A stretch of DNA of 64,000 bases from Polyangiales bacterium (GTDB lineage Bacteria > Myxococcota_A > Polyangia > Polyangiales > Polyangiaceae): assembly GCA_038230375.1 (NCBI GenBank), contig JBBRNJ010000033.1, positions 1 to 64,000 on the forward strand, in the 5' to 3' direction. Below, piece after piece: positions 47,977-61,344 of this stretch. The translations under genes and the position numbers were made by a program. A model generated the notes under the pieces. That model had not been told where the DNA came from and ran no database searches. It saw nothing but the letters and a program-made list of their open reading frames with translations. Numbering within the stretch: the first letter of the stretch is position 1; each line of letters opens with the position of its first letter.

Positions 47977-48758
47977 TCCGCGACGAGATCGGCCTTCGAT
48001 CGCGGCGCGATGTGCAGGTTGTAGAAGTACGTGATGATGCCGGTGATGCTCTTGAACTTCTGCCCCTGCGGGTAGGCGTCCAGCTGGACGAGCTCGTTCG
48101 TGAGCGTGGGGATCTCCGCGCCGGCCTCCGCCGTGGTGAGCGCCGCGCTTGCACGTCCCTTGGAGAAGGCGATGGCGGTGGCGAGCGTCACGTCCGTGAT
48201 CGTGACGAGCTGCCCCATCCATTTGCGGCCCGTGGCGAACGTATTGAGATCGTGCCAGTCGATGGGCGTGGGGTCGGGCGATTTGTACTCGAAGCGGAAC
48301 GTGCCGGTGGGGTGCGCAAGCTGGGTGAGCACGTCACCCACGGGGAACGTCACGGTCGTGCCGAGCGTCGCGTTCTCCTGGTACTGGCCCGCGAGATCGA
48401 GCACGTCGCCGGGGCCGACGACCAGGCTGCTCGGCACGAAGGTAGGCGCGAACAATCCGATCCCCGCGAAGGGGGCATGGGACTCCAGGTCCTGGACGTA
48501 GATCGTGCCGCGGCTCTTGCCGTCCGTGGTCTCGTCGAACTGATCGACGAATGTCACCACGACGCCCGTGACCTGCACGTTGGCGTTGGCCTTGGCGTGC
48601 GTCTTCTTGCCCGGGTCCGAGATGTCCGAGACGTGCGGCCCTGCGCCGGCCGCATTGGGAGCGGGCGGCGTGGGAGGGTCGTTGTCGCTGCTGCGGCTAC
48701 CGCAGGCCGCGGCAAGGACAAGGAGGATGGCGGCCGGGGCCAGGAGCCAGGAGCGCAT
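47973..48758 (-). CDS. Lipoprotein with OB-fold-like domains
   Basis: Lipobox AAAC; VTGVVVT...IYVQD...GD...L.G.Y.E; SITGI......IAPRS.ADL as seen in OB-fold modules of secreted nucleases. Confidence 0.7.
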   Translation of the reverse strand: MRSWLLAPAAILLVLAAACGSRSSDNDPPTPPAPNAAGAGPHVSDISDPGKKTHAKANANVQVTGVVVTFVDQFDETTDGKSRGTIYVQDLESHAPFAGIGLFAPTFVPSSLVVGPGDVLDLAGQYQENATLGTTVTFPVGDVLTQLAHPTGTFRFEYKSPDPTPIDWHDLNTFATGRKWMGQLVTITDVTLATAIAFSKGRASAALTTAEAGAEIPTLTNELVQLDAYPQGQKFKSITGIITYFYNLHIAPRSKADLVAE

Positions 48759-48808
48759 GGGGCTCGTTCTAGCGGCAAACGGCCGAAGGGCAAAGCCGCA
48801 ATTTCAAC

Positions 48809-49459
48809 TCACGCAGCGGCAGCCGTGAACGCCACGCCGAGCTTCGCCTGGATCTTGTGCTTCTTGGTGTAGACGGTCTTCACGCTGATCTGGAGCTTCT
48901 CGGCGATCTGCTCGGGGCTCATGTTCTCGACGAAGTACATGTGGGCGAACGCGCGGTCCTTCTCGGAGAAGTCGGCGAGCGCCTGCGTGCAGAGCTCGGC
49001 CCGCTCCTTCCGGCTGGTCTCGTCGAACGGGGAGGGCTCCTCGCTCTCGACCTCGAGCGCGCCGTCACCCATGACGTCATTGGAGGGCTGGCGGCGGATC
49101 GAGCGGAGGTGGTCGTGCGCGGCGTTCGTCGCGAGCATCCCAATGAACGTCCCGAGCTTGCAGCCGCGTGCGGGGTCGAACGCACGGAGCTTGTGCATGT
49201 CGTTCGACACGAGCGAGAGGTAGAACGTGGCGCGGACCTCGCGCGCATCTTCCTCGGAAACGCGGCGACCGAACTTGCGGAGGACGCGGCCGATGCACGC
49301 GCAGGCGAGACGGTCGTAGCGCGACTGGAACACGATCCAGGCGGCGTGCTCGTTCATGAGGAGGCCTTCGAGCAGACCGAGCTCGGTCTCGTAGGGGTTC
49401 TGGTTCTGGCTGCGAACACCGAAGAAACCGCTATCACGTCCGCGAATTTGCTCGTTCAT
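48809..49459 (-). CDS. ECF-type RNA polymerase sigma factor
   Basis: Region 2 (AW..F..RY, EDA, LRAFDP.RG..L.TFI...A.N...DHLR), region 4 (L..FSEKDR...Y..E.MS..QIAEKL.ISVKTVYTKKHK). Confidence 0.9.
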   Translation of the reverse strand: MNEQIRGRDSGFFGVRSQNQNPYETELGLLEGLLMNEHAAWIVFQSRYDRLACACIGRVLRKFGRRVSEEDAREVRATFYLSLVSNDMHKLRAFDPARGCKLGTFIGMLATNAAHDHLRSIRRQPSNDVMGDGALEVESEEPSPFDETSRKERAELCTQALADFSEKDRAFAHMYFVENMSPEQIAEKLQISVKTVYTKKHKIQAKLGVAFTAAAA

Positions 49460-49550
49460 GACCGCCACCGCCTTCGAAGGTATGTTCAGCAGGAGGTGTG
49501 CCACCGGCGCTGATCGTCGGAAACGCGGATATTCCGGCAAAAACGGGTGA

Positions 49551-49666
49551 CGTAACACCCGAGGCCTCCGTAACAACCACCGTCACGCGGCGTAACAACG
49601 GCCCTTCGTTACGGTGCTCGTTACGCTCCGGGCAGCTGTTACGTCGTCCGTCTGGAGACCGTTACG
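49551..49666. promoter_or_regulatory. Mirror array of CGTAAC/GTTACG boxes upstream of the ECF sigma gene
   Basis: CGTAAC at 49551, 49569, 49591 (CGTCAC at 49581); GTTACG at 49608, 49620, 49638, 49661. Confidence 0.7.
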
Positions 49667-50201
49667 GTGCGATCTCGACCGCGACGGGGGCGACCTTGTT
49701 CTTGAAGTCCTTCGCGTAGCCCACGTAGAGGGAGCCGGCCTCGCGGATGCGGTCGCGGTCCGCATGGGTCAGCTGGCGGACCACCTTTGCGGGGCGTCCC
49801 ATCGCAAGCGTTCCCGACGGCACGCGTCCACCAGGTGGCAGGAGCGATCCCGCAGCGAGCATCGCGTCCGATTCGATGACGGCACCATCCAGCACGACGC
49901 TGCCCATGCCCACGAGCACGCGATCGCCGACGGTGCATCCGTGGAGCAAGACCATGTGGCCGACGGTCACGTCGTCGCCGATGGTGGTGCTCGCGGAGCC
50001 TCCCGTGACGTGCACCACGGAGCCGTCCTGGATGTTGGTGCGCGCGCCGATGCGAATGGGGAACACGTCACCGCGGAGGACCGTGGAGAACCAGATGCTG
50101 GAGTCCTCACCGATGACAACGTCACCGATGACGCTGGCGCTCTCTGCCACGTACACCCGTGCACCCAGGGTGGGGATCACGTCACCGTGTCGAAAGATCA
50201 T
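49662..50201 (-). CDS. Gamma carbonic anhydrase family protein (YrdA/PaaY-like)
   Basis: IGDV.IG, VLRGD, TNIQDG.VVH, VTVGH...LHGC hexapeptide repeats. Confidence 0.92.
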   Translation of the reverse strand: MIFRHGDVIPTLGARVYVAESASVIGDVVIGEDSSIWFSTVLRGDVFPIRIGARTNIQDGSVVHVTGGSASTTIGDDVTVGHMVLLHGCTVGDRVLVGMGSVVLDGAVIESDAMLAAGSLLPPGGRVPSGTLAMGRPAKVVRQLTHADRDRIREAGSLYVGYAKDFKNKVAPVAVEIAP

Positions 50202-50210
50202 GGGGCGAGC

Positions 50211-51674
<1,464 letters not shown>

Positions 51675-51731
51675 CTGCGCCGGGCCATACCACGGCCCTC
51701 GGGAGTCGTGCTAGGTCCGTCTCCCCCGTCG

Positions 51732-52253
51732 ATGGCCAACGAGCGCGCCCACCCCAGAACGAAGCTTCATCTGTCCGCGCTCTGCTCCTTCGCGCTGGCA
51801 GTGCCCGCGTTCGCGTCGATCGCCTGCGGAAAGAGGACCGACGAGCGCTCCAGCGCCACCACGACGTCATCCGCCATGGCGAGCAGCGGCCACGCAACCT
51901 GCAACATGATCCCGGTCGCCGGCAAGTGCGAGGAGTACGCGAAGGAGGACCCGCTCGGGATGGCGAAGAGCCTCTGCGAAGGGTTCAAGGGCGTGTACTC
52001 GAACGCCGCGTGTCCATCGGAGCCGCTGGTCGGGACCTGCGCCATGAAGGGGGAGGACCGCAAGCGGTACTACGTGACGAAGGACGAGCTCACGTCGTTC
52101 TCTCCGGAGGACGCGCGCAAGGACTGCGAGAGCGATCTCGTGCAGGGGAAGTTCACCGCGGTCGCGAACCCTCCGAAGAAGCCAGTGAGCGCTCCATCTG
52201 GGAGCGCGTCCGCCATGCCATCGCCGACAGCCGCGTCCACCAAGCGCCGCTGA
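51732..52253 (+). CDS. Small Cys-rich lipoprotein
   Basis: Lipobox SIAC; C...CEEY...C....G.....ACP....VGTC...YY pattern. Confidence 0.72.
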   Translation: MANERAHPRTKLHLSALCSFALAVPAFASIACGKRTDERSSATTTSSAMASSGHATCNMIPVAGKCEEYAKEDPLGMAKSLCEGFKGVYSNAACPSEPLVGTCAMKGEDRKRYYVTKDELTSFSPEDARKDCESDLVQGKFTAVANPPKKPVSAPSGSASAMPSPTAASTKRR

Positions 52254-52351
52254 GTCGATCGCGAAGAGGCAACTGCAAGTCTTGCGCGGGGTTAGAGCCT
52301 GCGCGACTCCGCATCGACACCCGCGTGAATCGGGGTACCATCGCTACTGCC

Positions 52352-54163
52352 ATGGCCAAATTCAACACGCTCGTCGACATCTTTCACCAAGCGATCGCGA
52401 CCTACCCCGAGAACGAGCTCTTCGGCACCAAGAAGAATGGTGTCTGGGAGTGGACGCACTATCTCGAGTTCGGAAAGATGGTGGACCAGTTCCGCGCAGG
52501 ACTCGCGGGCCTTGGCATCGAGCGTGGTGATCGTGTGGCCATCGTCGCGAACAATCGCGTCGAGTGGGCCGTCGCCGCGTACGCCTGCTTCGGTCTGGGC
52601 GCGGCGTTCGTGCCCATGTACGAGGCGCAGCTCAGCAAGGACTGGGAGTTCATCGCCAAGGACTGCGAGGCGAAGGCGCTCATCTGCGCGACCGACGCGA
52701 TCGTCGAGAAGAGCAAGGAGTTCCTCGAGCGCGTCCCGTCCATCAAGGCGATCATCTCGCTGGATCCCAAGACCAAGGGCGATGGCAAGGTCCACACGTA
52801 TGCGGCGCTGCTCGGCACTGGCAAGAAGGTCCCGACCATCAAGCCGGCCGTGAAGGACACGGCGTGCATCATCTACACCAGCGGAACCACCGGCAACCCG
52901 AAGGGCGTCATCCTCTCGCACGGCAACATCGCGTCCAACGTGAGCGCCGTTCATGACGTGTTCCCCATGGCGGCAATGGACCGCTCGCTCTCGTTCCTGC
53001 CGTGGGCGCACTCTTTCGGGCAGACGTGCGAGCTGCATTGCCTCTTCTCCGTCGGCGCCAGCATGGCGCTGTGCGAGGCCGTCGACAAGATCATCGAGCA
53101 GCTCGGCGAGACGAGGCCCACGCTGCTCTTCTCCGTGCCGCGCATCTTCAACAAACTCTATGCGGGTGTGCAGAAGCAGATCTCCGAGAAGCCCGGTTTC
53201 GTGCAGAACCTGGTGAAGAGCGCCATCAAGACGCGCGGCAAGATGCGCGACGGCCAGGAGGTCTCGCTCGGCGAGTCACTCACGCTCGCGCTCACCGATC
53301 GCGTCGTCTTCGCGAAGGTGCGCCAGCGGTTCGGCGGCCGCCTCAAGTACGCCTTCTCGGGCGGCGCGGCGATCTCACGCGACGTGGCGGAGTTCATCGA
53401 CGGCCTCGGCATCACCGTCTACGAGGGCTACGGCCTCACGGAGACGTCGCCCATCACCACGGCGAACTGGCCGGGCTCGCGCCGGATCGGCAGCGTGGGT
53501 CGCGCCATTCCGGGCGTGCGCGTGGAGATCGCCAGCGATGGCGAGATCATCGTCTACGGCCCCAACGTCATGCAGGGCTACCACAACCGCGAGGAAGAGA
53601 ACGCGGCCGTCTTCACGAAGGACGGCGGCTTCCGCACGGGTGACATGGGCAAGCTCGACGACGGCTTCGTCTTCATCACGGGCCGCATCAAGGAGCAGTA
53701 CAAGCTGGAGAACGGCAAGTACGTCGTCCCCACGCCGCTCGAGGAGCAGTACAAGCTCTCGCCGTACGTCCTGAACTTGATGGTCTACGGCGACAACAAG
53801 CCGTTCAACGTGGCGCTCGTCGTCGCGGACAAGAAACAAGTCGCGAAATGGGCTGCGGACAACGGCGTGACGGCCACCGGCGACAACCTCCTCAGCGATC
53901 CAAAGGTGCGCGCGCACTTCAAGAAGGAGCTCGATCACTACGGCGAGAAGTTCAAGGGCTTCGAGGAGGTTCGCGACTTCGTGATCGTCGACGAGGACTT
54001 CACCACGGACAACGGCATGCTGACGCCCAGCCTCAAGGTGAAGCGCCGTGCCGTGCTCGAGAAGTGGGGTGAGGTCCTGAACGCCCTCTACACGAAGAAG
54101 AAGGACAAGGGCGAGGCCAAGGCGGAGTCGAAGGGCGACAAGCCCAAGCCCGCCGAAGCGTAG
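52352..54163 (+). CDS. fadD: Long-chain fatty acid--CoA ligase
   Basis: IIYTSGTTGNPKG, YEGYGLTE, GFRTGD, ITGRIKE....NGK, LTPSLKVKR. Confidence 0.9.
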   Translation: MAKFNTLVDIFHQAIATYPENELFGTKKNGVWEWTHYLEFGKMVDQFRAGLAGLGIERGDRVAIVANNRVEWAVAAYACFGLGAAFVPMYEAQLSKDWEFIAKDCEAKALICATDAIVEKSKEFLERVPSIKAIISLDPKTKGDGKVHTYAALLGTGKKVPTIKPAVKDTACIIYTSGTTGNPKGVILSHGNIASNVSAVHDVFPMAAMDRSLSFLPWAHSFGQTCELHCLFSVGASMALCEAVDKIIEQLGETRPTLLFSVPRIFNKLYAGVQKQISEKPGFVQNLVKSAIKTRGKMRDGQEVSLGESLTLALTDRVVFAKVRQRFGGRLKYAFSGGAAISRDVAEFIDGLGITVYEGYGLTETSPITTANWPGSRRIGSVGRAIPGVRVEIASDGEIIVYGPNVMQGYHNREEENAAVFTKDGGFRTGDMGKLDDGFVFITGRIKEQYKLENGKYVVPTPLEEQYKLSPYVLNLMVYGDNKPFNVALVVADKKQVAKWAADNGVTATGDNLLSDPKVRAHFKKELDHYGEKFKGFEEVRDFVIVDEDFTTDNGMLTPSLKVKRRAVLEKWGEVLNALYTKKKDKGEAKAESKGDKPKPAEA

Positions 54164-54190
54164 GAGCGGCCTGGAAACAGCGGATGCTGG

Positions 54191-56674
<2,484 letters not shown>

Positions 56675-56727
56675 GGGTACCCTCCGGGCTCTCGTGGTGC
56701 ACCTTCTGGGCCGCACGTGGCGAACGG

Positions 56728-58095
56728 TCAGTGCCCCGAGAAAATACGCTTCTGTCTCATTGCGGCGACAAGCGCTGCAAAGAGGAACGGCAGCCATGGG
56801 GGGACCGACGAGGATCCAGCGGTCCCGCATCCACCACCACCCCCGGCGACGAGCGGGCGCCCAGCATCCGTGGCTCCTCCGCCGGCGTCGTCACTGCCGC
56901 TCGCTCCGGCATCGGCATCGCCCGGTCCGGCGCACGCTCCAGCGACGCACGTGGCGGCGACGTCGGCATTCATGCAGTCTGCATCCTTCTTGCACGTGTT
57001 GGTCGCGAGCCTGCAGAGATCGTCCGCGAGGCACTGGTAGTCACCAGAGGTGGTGGTCGCGGCGCACGTGAAGCCCTTGCCGCAAGGACGCTGTGCGTCG
57101 CAGGCGCGACCGCACACACGACCCACCTCGCCCGGAAGGTCGATGCACCGCGCGTCCGCTCCAGCGCCGGCGCATGCGTCGGGGACGCGCGCGCATGGTG
57201 AGCACACAGCGGAAGGCTCCTTCGCTCGCTCGCATGCGGCCGCCACGCACGCAAAGCCGGCAGGGCAGGGTGTCTCGTCGCATCCGCCGCTGCCCTTGCC
57301 GGGGTAGAGCGCGCACACGCCGGCGCGGTCGTCAGCTTCGAGCGAGCGCCACGCGCGACCGGCCAGCGTGGGATACATGGTCGCCGTGGGCTCTGGCGAG
57401 TGCGCAAGGCCCAGCGCATGACCGAGCTCGTGGGTCAGGACAGAGCGAACATCCACAGTTCCGCCGTCGCCCTGAAGCGAGAACGTGCTCCCCACGCCGT
57501 TCAGGAAGATGTCTGCATCATGCATGCTTCCGTCTGGGTTCTGGTGGATGACGGTCTGCCCGAGCGCGTTCGGAACGAGCTCGGCGGGCCACGCAACATC
57601 CTCGAAGAAGATCACGTTCAGGCCGTCGTCAGCTGGCGTCGCCATGACCGGCGCTGCCGAGACCGTCGCGCGGAAGGCGGAGCACGACGGGCGCGCCCAC
57701 GCAGCTGCAGCGACCGCAAGATCACCCGCTGGAGCCAGGCCGAGCGTCTTGCTTCCCGGCGCCGCGAGCGCGAACACCACCGGCAAGGTGGTCCACGTCG
57801 CGTGGGAAGGATCCTGCACGTAGGCGCGGCCGGGGACGCGAGGGGAGGGAGCCGTTCTCAGGTCGCGCCGCACCGTCATCCCGAGCGCAGGCACCACATA
57901 GCCGGCGAGGTGCGCGCGACGGCCCGATGGCAAGGTGCCTCCGACGATGCGGACGGTCTCCATTGTTCCGTCGGCGTCGCGCAGTGTGGCCGACGTGATC
58001 GGGAGCTCCTCCAGGATTCCCTGTCCGCGCTCGGTGTGTGCCGCCACGACGACGACGCTGTCTCCAGCCGTTGGATTCTCCGCGAGCGCGTCCAC
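56728..58095 (-). CDS. Matrixin-family metalloprotease with Cys-rich repeats and MYXO-CTERM-like tail
   Basis: DADIFLN, HELGHALGLAHS, Met-turn ATMYP; GGGGGCG...PWLPFLFAALVAAMRQKR. Confidence 0.85.
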   Translation of the reverse strand: MDALAENPTAGDSVVVVAAHTERGQGILEELPITSATLRDADGTMETVRIVGGTLPSGRRAHLAGYVVPALGMTVRRDLRTAPSPRVPGRAYVQDPSHATWTTLPVVFALAAPGSKTLGLAPAGDLAVAAAAWARPSCSAFRATVSAAPVMATPADDGLNVIFFEDVAWPAELVPNALGQTVIHQNPDGSMHDADIFLNGVGSTFSLQGDGGTVDVRSVLTHELGHALGLAHSPEPTATMYPTLAGRAWRSLEADDRAGVCALYPGKGSGGCDETPCPAGFACVAAACERAKEPSAVCSPCARVPDACAGAGADARCIDLPGEVGRVCGRACDAQRPCGKGFTCAATTTSGDYQCLADDLCRLATNTCKKDADCMNADVAATCVAGACAGPGDADAGASGSDDAGGGATDAGRPLVAGGGGGCGTAGSSSVPPWLPFLFAALVAAMRQKRIFSGH

Positions 58096-58118
58096 CCTTG
58101 TCCTATAGCATGATGCGT

Positions 58119-58946
58119 ATGGACGCCCTTTCTGCCGCGGTCATCCAGTTGAACAGCCAGAGCGACGTGGGCGAGAACCTCGCGCGCGCCAGGAACGAGA
58201 TCAAGAACGCAGCACGCGCCGGCGCGAAGCTGGTGGTCCTTCCGGAGAACTTCGCGTTCATGGGCGAGGAGGACGACAAGCGGAAGATCGCGGAAAACCT
58301 GACCGCGGGCGCACCGGGCCCCATCGCTGCGTTCCTGCGCGACGCGGCGAAGGACGAGGGCATCTTCCTCATCGGCGGCGGCATGCCCGAGGCGTCGAGC
58401 GATCCCGCGCGGCCGTTCAACACCAGTGTGCTGGTCTCGCCCGCAGGCGAGATAGTTGCATCCTACAGGAAAGTGCACCTGTTCGACGTGGACCTGCCTG
58501 ACGGCACGCAGGCGCTCGAGAGCCGCGCTACCAACGCTGGTGAGCCGGGTGGCCTTCGTGTGCAGGAGGTCCTGGGCGTGAAGGTCGGCATGACCATCTG
58601 CTACGACCTGCGCTTCCCCGAGGAGTACCGCGCGCTGGTGGATCTGGGCGCGCGCATCGTCACCGTGCCCGCGGCGTTCACGTTGATGACGGGCAAGGAC
58701 CACTGGCATGCGCTCCTGCGGGCGCGCGCGATCGAGAACCAGGTCTTCGTGCTCGCTGCCGCGCAGCACGGCAAGCACCCGCGCGGACGCACCACGTACG
58801 GGAAGAGCATCATCGTGGATCCGTGGGGCGATGTGCTCGCGCAAGCGGGCGAGGGGATCGGCTTCGCGATCGCGCGACTGGACTTCGACTACCAGGATCG
58901 CGTGCGCGCGGGCCTCCCGTGCCTCGCGCATCGGCGCATCAAGTAG
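58119..58946 (+). CDS. Carbon-nitrogen hydrolase (Nit1/deaminated glutathione amidase-like)
   Basis: VLPEN, YRKVHLFD, ICYDLRFPE, PAAF, RARAIENQ, DPWG. Confidence 0.9.
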   Translation: MDALSAAVIQLNSQSDVGENLARARNEIKNAARAGAKLVVLPENFAFMGEEDDKRKIAENLTAGAPGPIAAFLRDAAKDEGIFLIGGGMPEASSDPARPFNTSVLVSPAGEIVASYRKVHLFDVDLPDGTQALESRATNAGEPGGLRVQEVLGVKVGMTICYDLRFPEEYRALVDLGARIVTVPAAFTLMTGKDHWHALLRARAIENQVFVLAAAQHGKHPRGRTTYGKSIIVDPWGDVLAQAGEGIGFAIARLDFDYQDRVRAGLPCLAHRRIK

Positions 58947-58961
58947 CGGGCCGGGGCCCCT

Positions 58962-60014
58962 CTACTTCTTGAGGTGCTCGCGCGCCACGTCGGCCCAGGT
59001 GCCCACGGGCTCGAGCTCGAGGTACTTCTGCCAGTGCGTGACCGCACGGTCGCGCTCGAACGTGGCCTCGTAGGCCATGGCCAGATTGAAGTGCGCGTCC
59101 GCGAAGCGCGGGTCTGCCTGGAGCGCCCGGAGGAAGAACGGGACCGCCCGCGCGGGCTCGCCGCGCTCCAGCATCACGTAGCCCAGGTTGTAGTGCGCCT
59201 CGGGCTGCCGCGAGTCGATCTCGAGCGCCGTCCGATAGAGCCCCTCGGCGCCTGGTGCGTCGCCGCGACGGAAGCGGATGTTGCCCAGGTTCGTGTAGGC
59301 GATGGCAAGGCCGGGGTCGAGGTCGATGGCGCGCTTGTAGAGCTTCTCCGCCTCGTCGAAGGACTCGGGGTCCTCATCCATCGCGCTCGCGCGCATGTAG
59401 AGATCGTACGCGGTGCGTGCCTTGGCCTCCGCGGTCTGTGGACGCAGCATGGTGACCACGTCGCGTTGGAGCGAGCCCACGTGGAAGTCGATCACCATCT
59501 GGCCGGAGATGGGCTCGAACGCGCCTTCGTCCGCGCGCACCACGATCTTGCGACCGTCGCTCGTGATGCGCAGCTCCTGGAGCGGCCGCACCACGCGCGG
59601 GAGAGTCTTCTGCAGCGCCGAGACGGCCTTCTGCACGTCGGCGAGGCGGATGTTCTTCGCGAGCAGCTCACGCGTTGCGCGGAGCGCGATGAGATCCTGG
59701 AACGTGTAGGCGCGCTTTCCGCTGCGCTCACCGGCGGGCGACACGACGGCGGCCTTGTCCAGGGACCGAAGCTGCGCAGAGGTGAGCCCGAGCAGCTTCG
59801 CAACCTCCTTCGCGCTGAACATATCCGTGACGGGCTCGGTGAGGCGGCCCTTGGAGAGCTGCGGCTCGTGGCCCGCGCCCTGCTTCGCGGCAGCCTTGGC
59901 CGCAGCCTTCTTGTCCAGCGCAGACAACTCCTTCAGGCGTCCGCCGCCAGGGCCGAACTGCACGTGGATGATGTCGGCGCCCTTCTTGCGCTTGGTCTTT
60001 CGTTCGTCGGTCAT
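58962..60014 (-). CDS. MerR-type HTH + TPR protein
   Basis: FSAKEVAKLLGL....LR......VVSP.......R.YTFQDL; FEP.SGQ...DF; four TPRs. Confidence 0.85.
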   Translation of the reverse strand: MTDERKTKRKKGADIIHVQFGPGGGRLKELSALDKKAAAKAAAKQGAGHEPQLSKGRLTEPVTDMFSAKEVAKLLGLTSAQLRSLDKAAVVSPAGERSGKRAYTFQDLIALRATRELLAKNIRLADVQKAVSALQKTLPRVVRPLQELRITSDGRKIVVRADEGAFEPISGQMVIDFHVGSLQRDVVTMLRPQTAEAKARTAYDLYMRASAMDEDPESFDEAEKLYKRAIDLDPGLAIAYTNLGNIRFRRGDAPGAEGLYRTALEIDSRQPEAHYNLGYVMLERGEPARAVPFFLRALQADPRFADAHFNLAMAYEATFERDRAVTHWQKYLELEPVGTWADVAREHLKK

Positions 60015-60024
60015 CACGTGGAGA

Positions 60025-60474
60025 TCACTCACCGGGGGCTCGGCTCCGGCGTCGACGCTCAATCAAGGGCGCCTGGACCTCGACGTCAATCCTGAGCCCG
60101 ACGGAATCTTCCGAGACGCGAAATTCCGCTGACAATTTGCCCAGCGCACCAGGCGCTCGGCTCTCCGCCTCACGGACCGCCGTGCGGATGGCGCGCGTGC
60201 GGACGTGGATGTCGCGCGAGGCGAGGGCGACGTAGAACGCGCGCTCGGAATCGGTCCCCGTCAACGCGACGAGCAGGCTCGTGGACCCGTACCAGACGCG
60301 TCCATCGGTCTCGTTGCGCACTGCGCCTTCGCTCATGGCGTCGGCGCCATCGATGAGCGCGCGCCAGCGGCTCTCGACCGCGCGCACCTGCTCGCCGCCG
60401 CGCTGAAAGAGCGGTTGCTCCCGGCTCTTCCTGACACCGGGCCCCCGGCGCCCTTTCGAAGCAGCGTCTACCAT
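60025..60474 (-). CDS. Hypothetical protein
   Basis: Fills the gap between MerR-TPR and phosphoesterase genes on the same strand. Confidence 0.55.
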   Translation of the reverse strand: MVDAASKGRRGPGVRKSREQPLFQRGGEQVRAVESRWRALIDGADAMSEGAVRNETDGRVWYGSTSLLVALTGTDSERAFYVALASRDIHVRTRAIRTAVREAESRAPGALGKLSAEFRVSEDSVGLRIDVEVQAPLIERRRRSRAPGE

Positions 60475-60591
60475 TGATTTGAAATCGTGCCGAACCCGCA
60501 CCAAGACGAGCAACTTTCGCGTTGCTCGAGACGTGCTTACGGGAGAGCGGCGGCCGGCAGACGCTCCGGCAGATCCGCGAGATCCGGCGGG

Positions 60592-61335
60592 TCAGCCGGC
60601 GGCTCTTACCTGCGGCGCGAGCGGAACGATGATCTGCTCGACCGTGATTCCGGCCGGCGATGACTCGATCCACGTTGCGTGCGCGATCGTCGGCACGCGG
60701 ATGCTCGGACTGCCGGAGCTGCCGGAGCTGCCGGAGCTGGCGGCAGGCGGGTGCGCGGGGTCGGCCTCGGCTGTGCCGTCGGGCGCGTCGCCCACGCTGC
60801 CCACGTTGATGATGCGCACGTCGGCCACGGTTCGGTCGAACGGGACGTGGCTCATTCCGCAGACGATCACGTCGGCGGGATCGTCGCCGATGAGTGCAAG
60901 GATCTCCTCGTCGCTCATGTCGTGCGTGAGCGGCTCCGATGGATCCACCGGCGACCCGTGCACGAGGAGGAGCTCACGCCCGTCTTCGAGTGGGATGCGC
61001 GCGTGCGTGGGCGTCCGGCGAAGGCGACCGAGCACCAGCTCCCCGAGCTGCGCCTGTACGTCTCGCAGGCGAGCAAGGCGACCCTTCTCGTGCTCCGTCT
61101 GGGGCGACAGGTCATCCGGGTTCAGCGTTGCGAGCGCGCGGTCCGACACGCCCTGGACCATGATGGCCCCCGCAGCCGAGAGCCTGCGCCAGGTCTCGAG
61201 CGGCTCCGGTCCAGGAAATACGATGTCGCCTGCAACGAGCAGCTTCTGGAAGCTGCGCTTCTCGGCCGTCGCAAGGACGGCGCGGAGAGCATCGAGCTCA
61301 CCATGAATGTCGGAGACGCAAAGGAACCGGAGCAC
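60592..61335 (-). CDS. Metallophosphoesterase (YfcE/calcineurin-like)
   Basis: SDIHG, AGDIV, LVHGSP, CGMSHVP, INVGSVG; GN(H) motif replaced by GVSD. Confidence 0.85.
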   Translation of the reverse strand: MLRFLCVSDIHGELDALRAVLATAEKRSFQKLLVAGDIVFPGPEPLETWRRLSAAGAIMVQGVSDRALATLNPDDLSPQTEHEKGRLARLRDVQAQLGELVLGRLRRTPTHARIPLEDGRELLLVHGSPVDPSEPLTHDMSDEEILALIGDDPADVIVCGMSHVPFDRTVADVRIINVGSVGDAPDGTAEADPAHPPAASSGSSGSSGSPSIRVPTIAHATWIESSPAGITVEQIIVPLAPQVRAAG

Positions 61336-61344
61336 CCTCTAACC

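Noticed and set aside
49551..49666. Replication origin (DnaA boxes or iterons)
   Set aside because: Boxes do not match TTATCCACA, there is no AT-rich unwinding element, and no dnaA/rep gene is nearby
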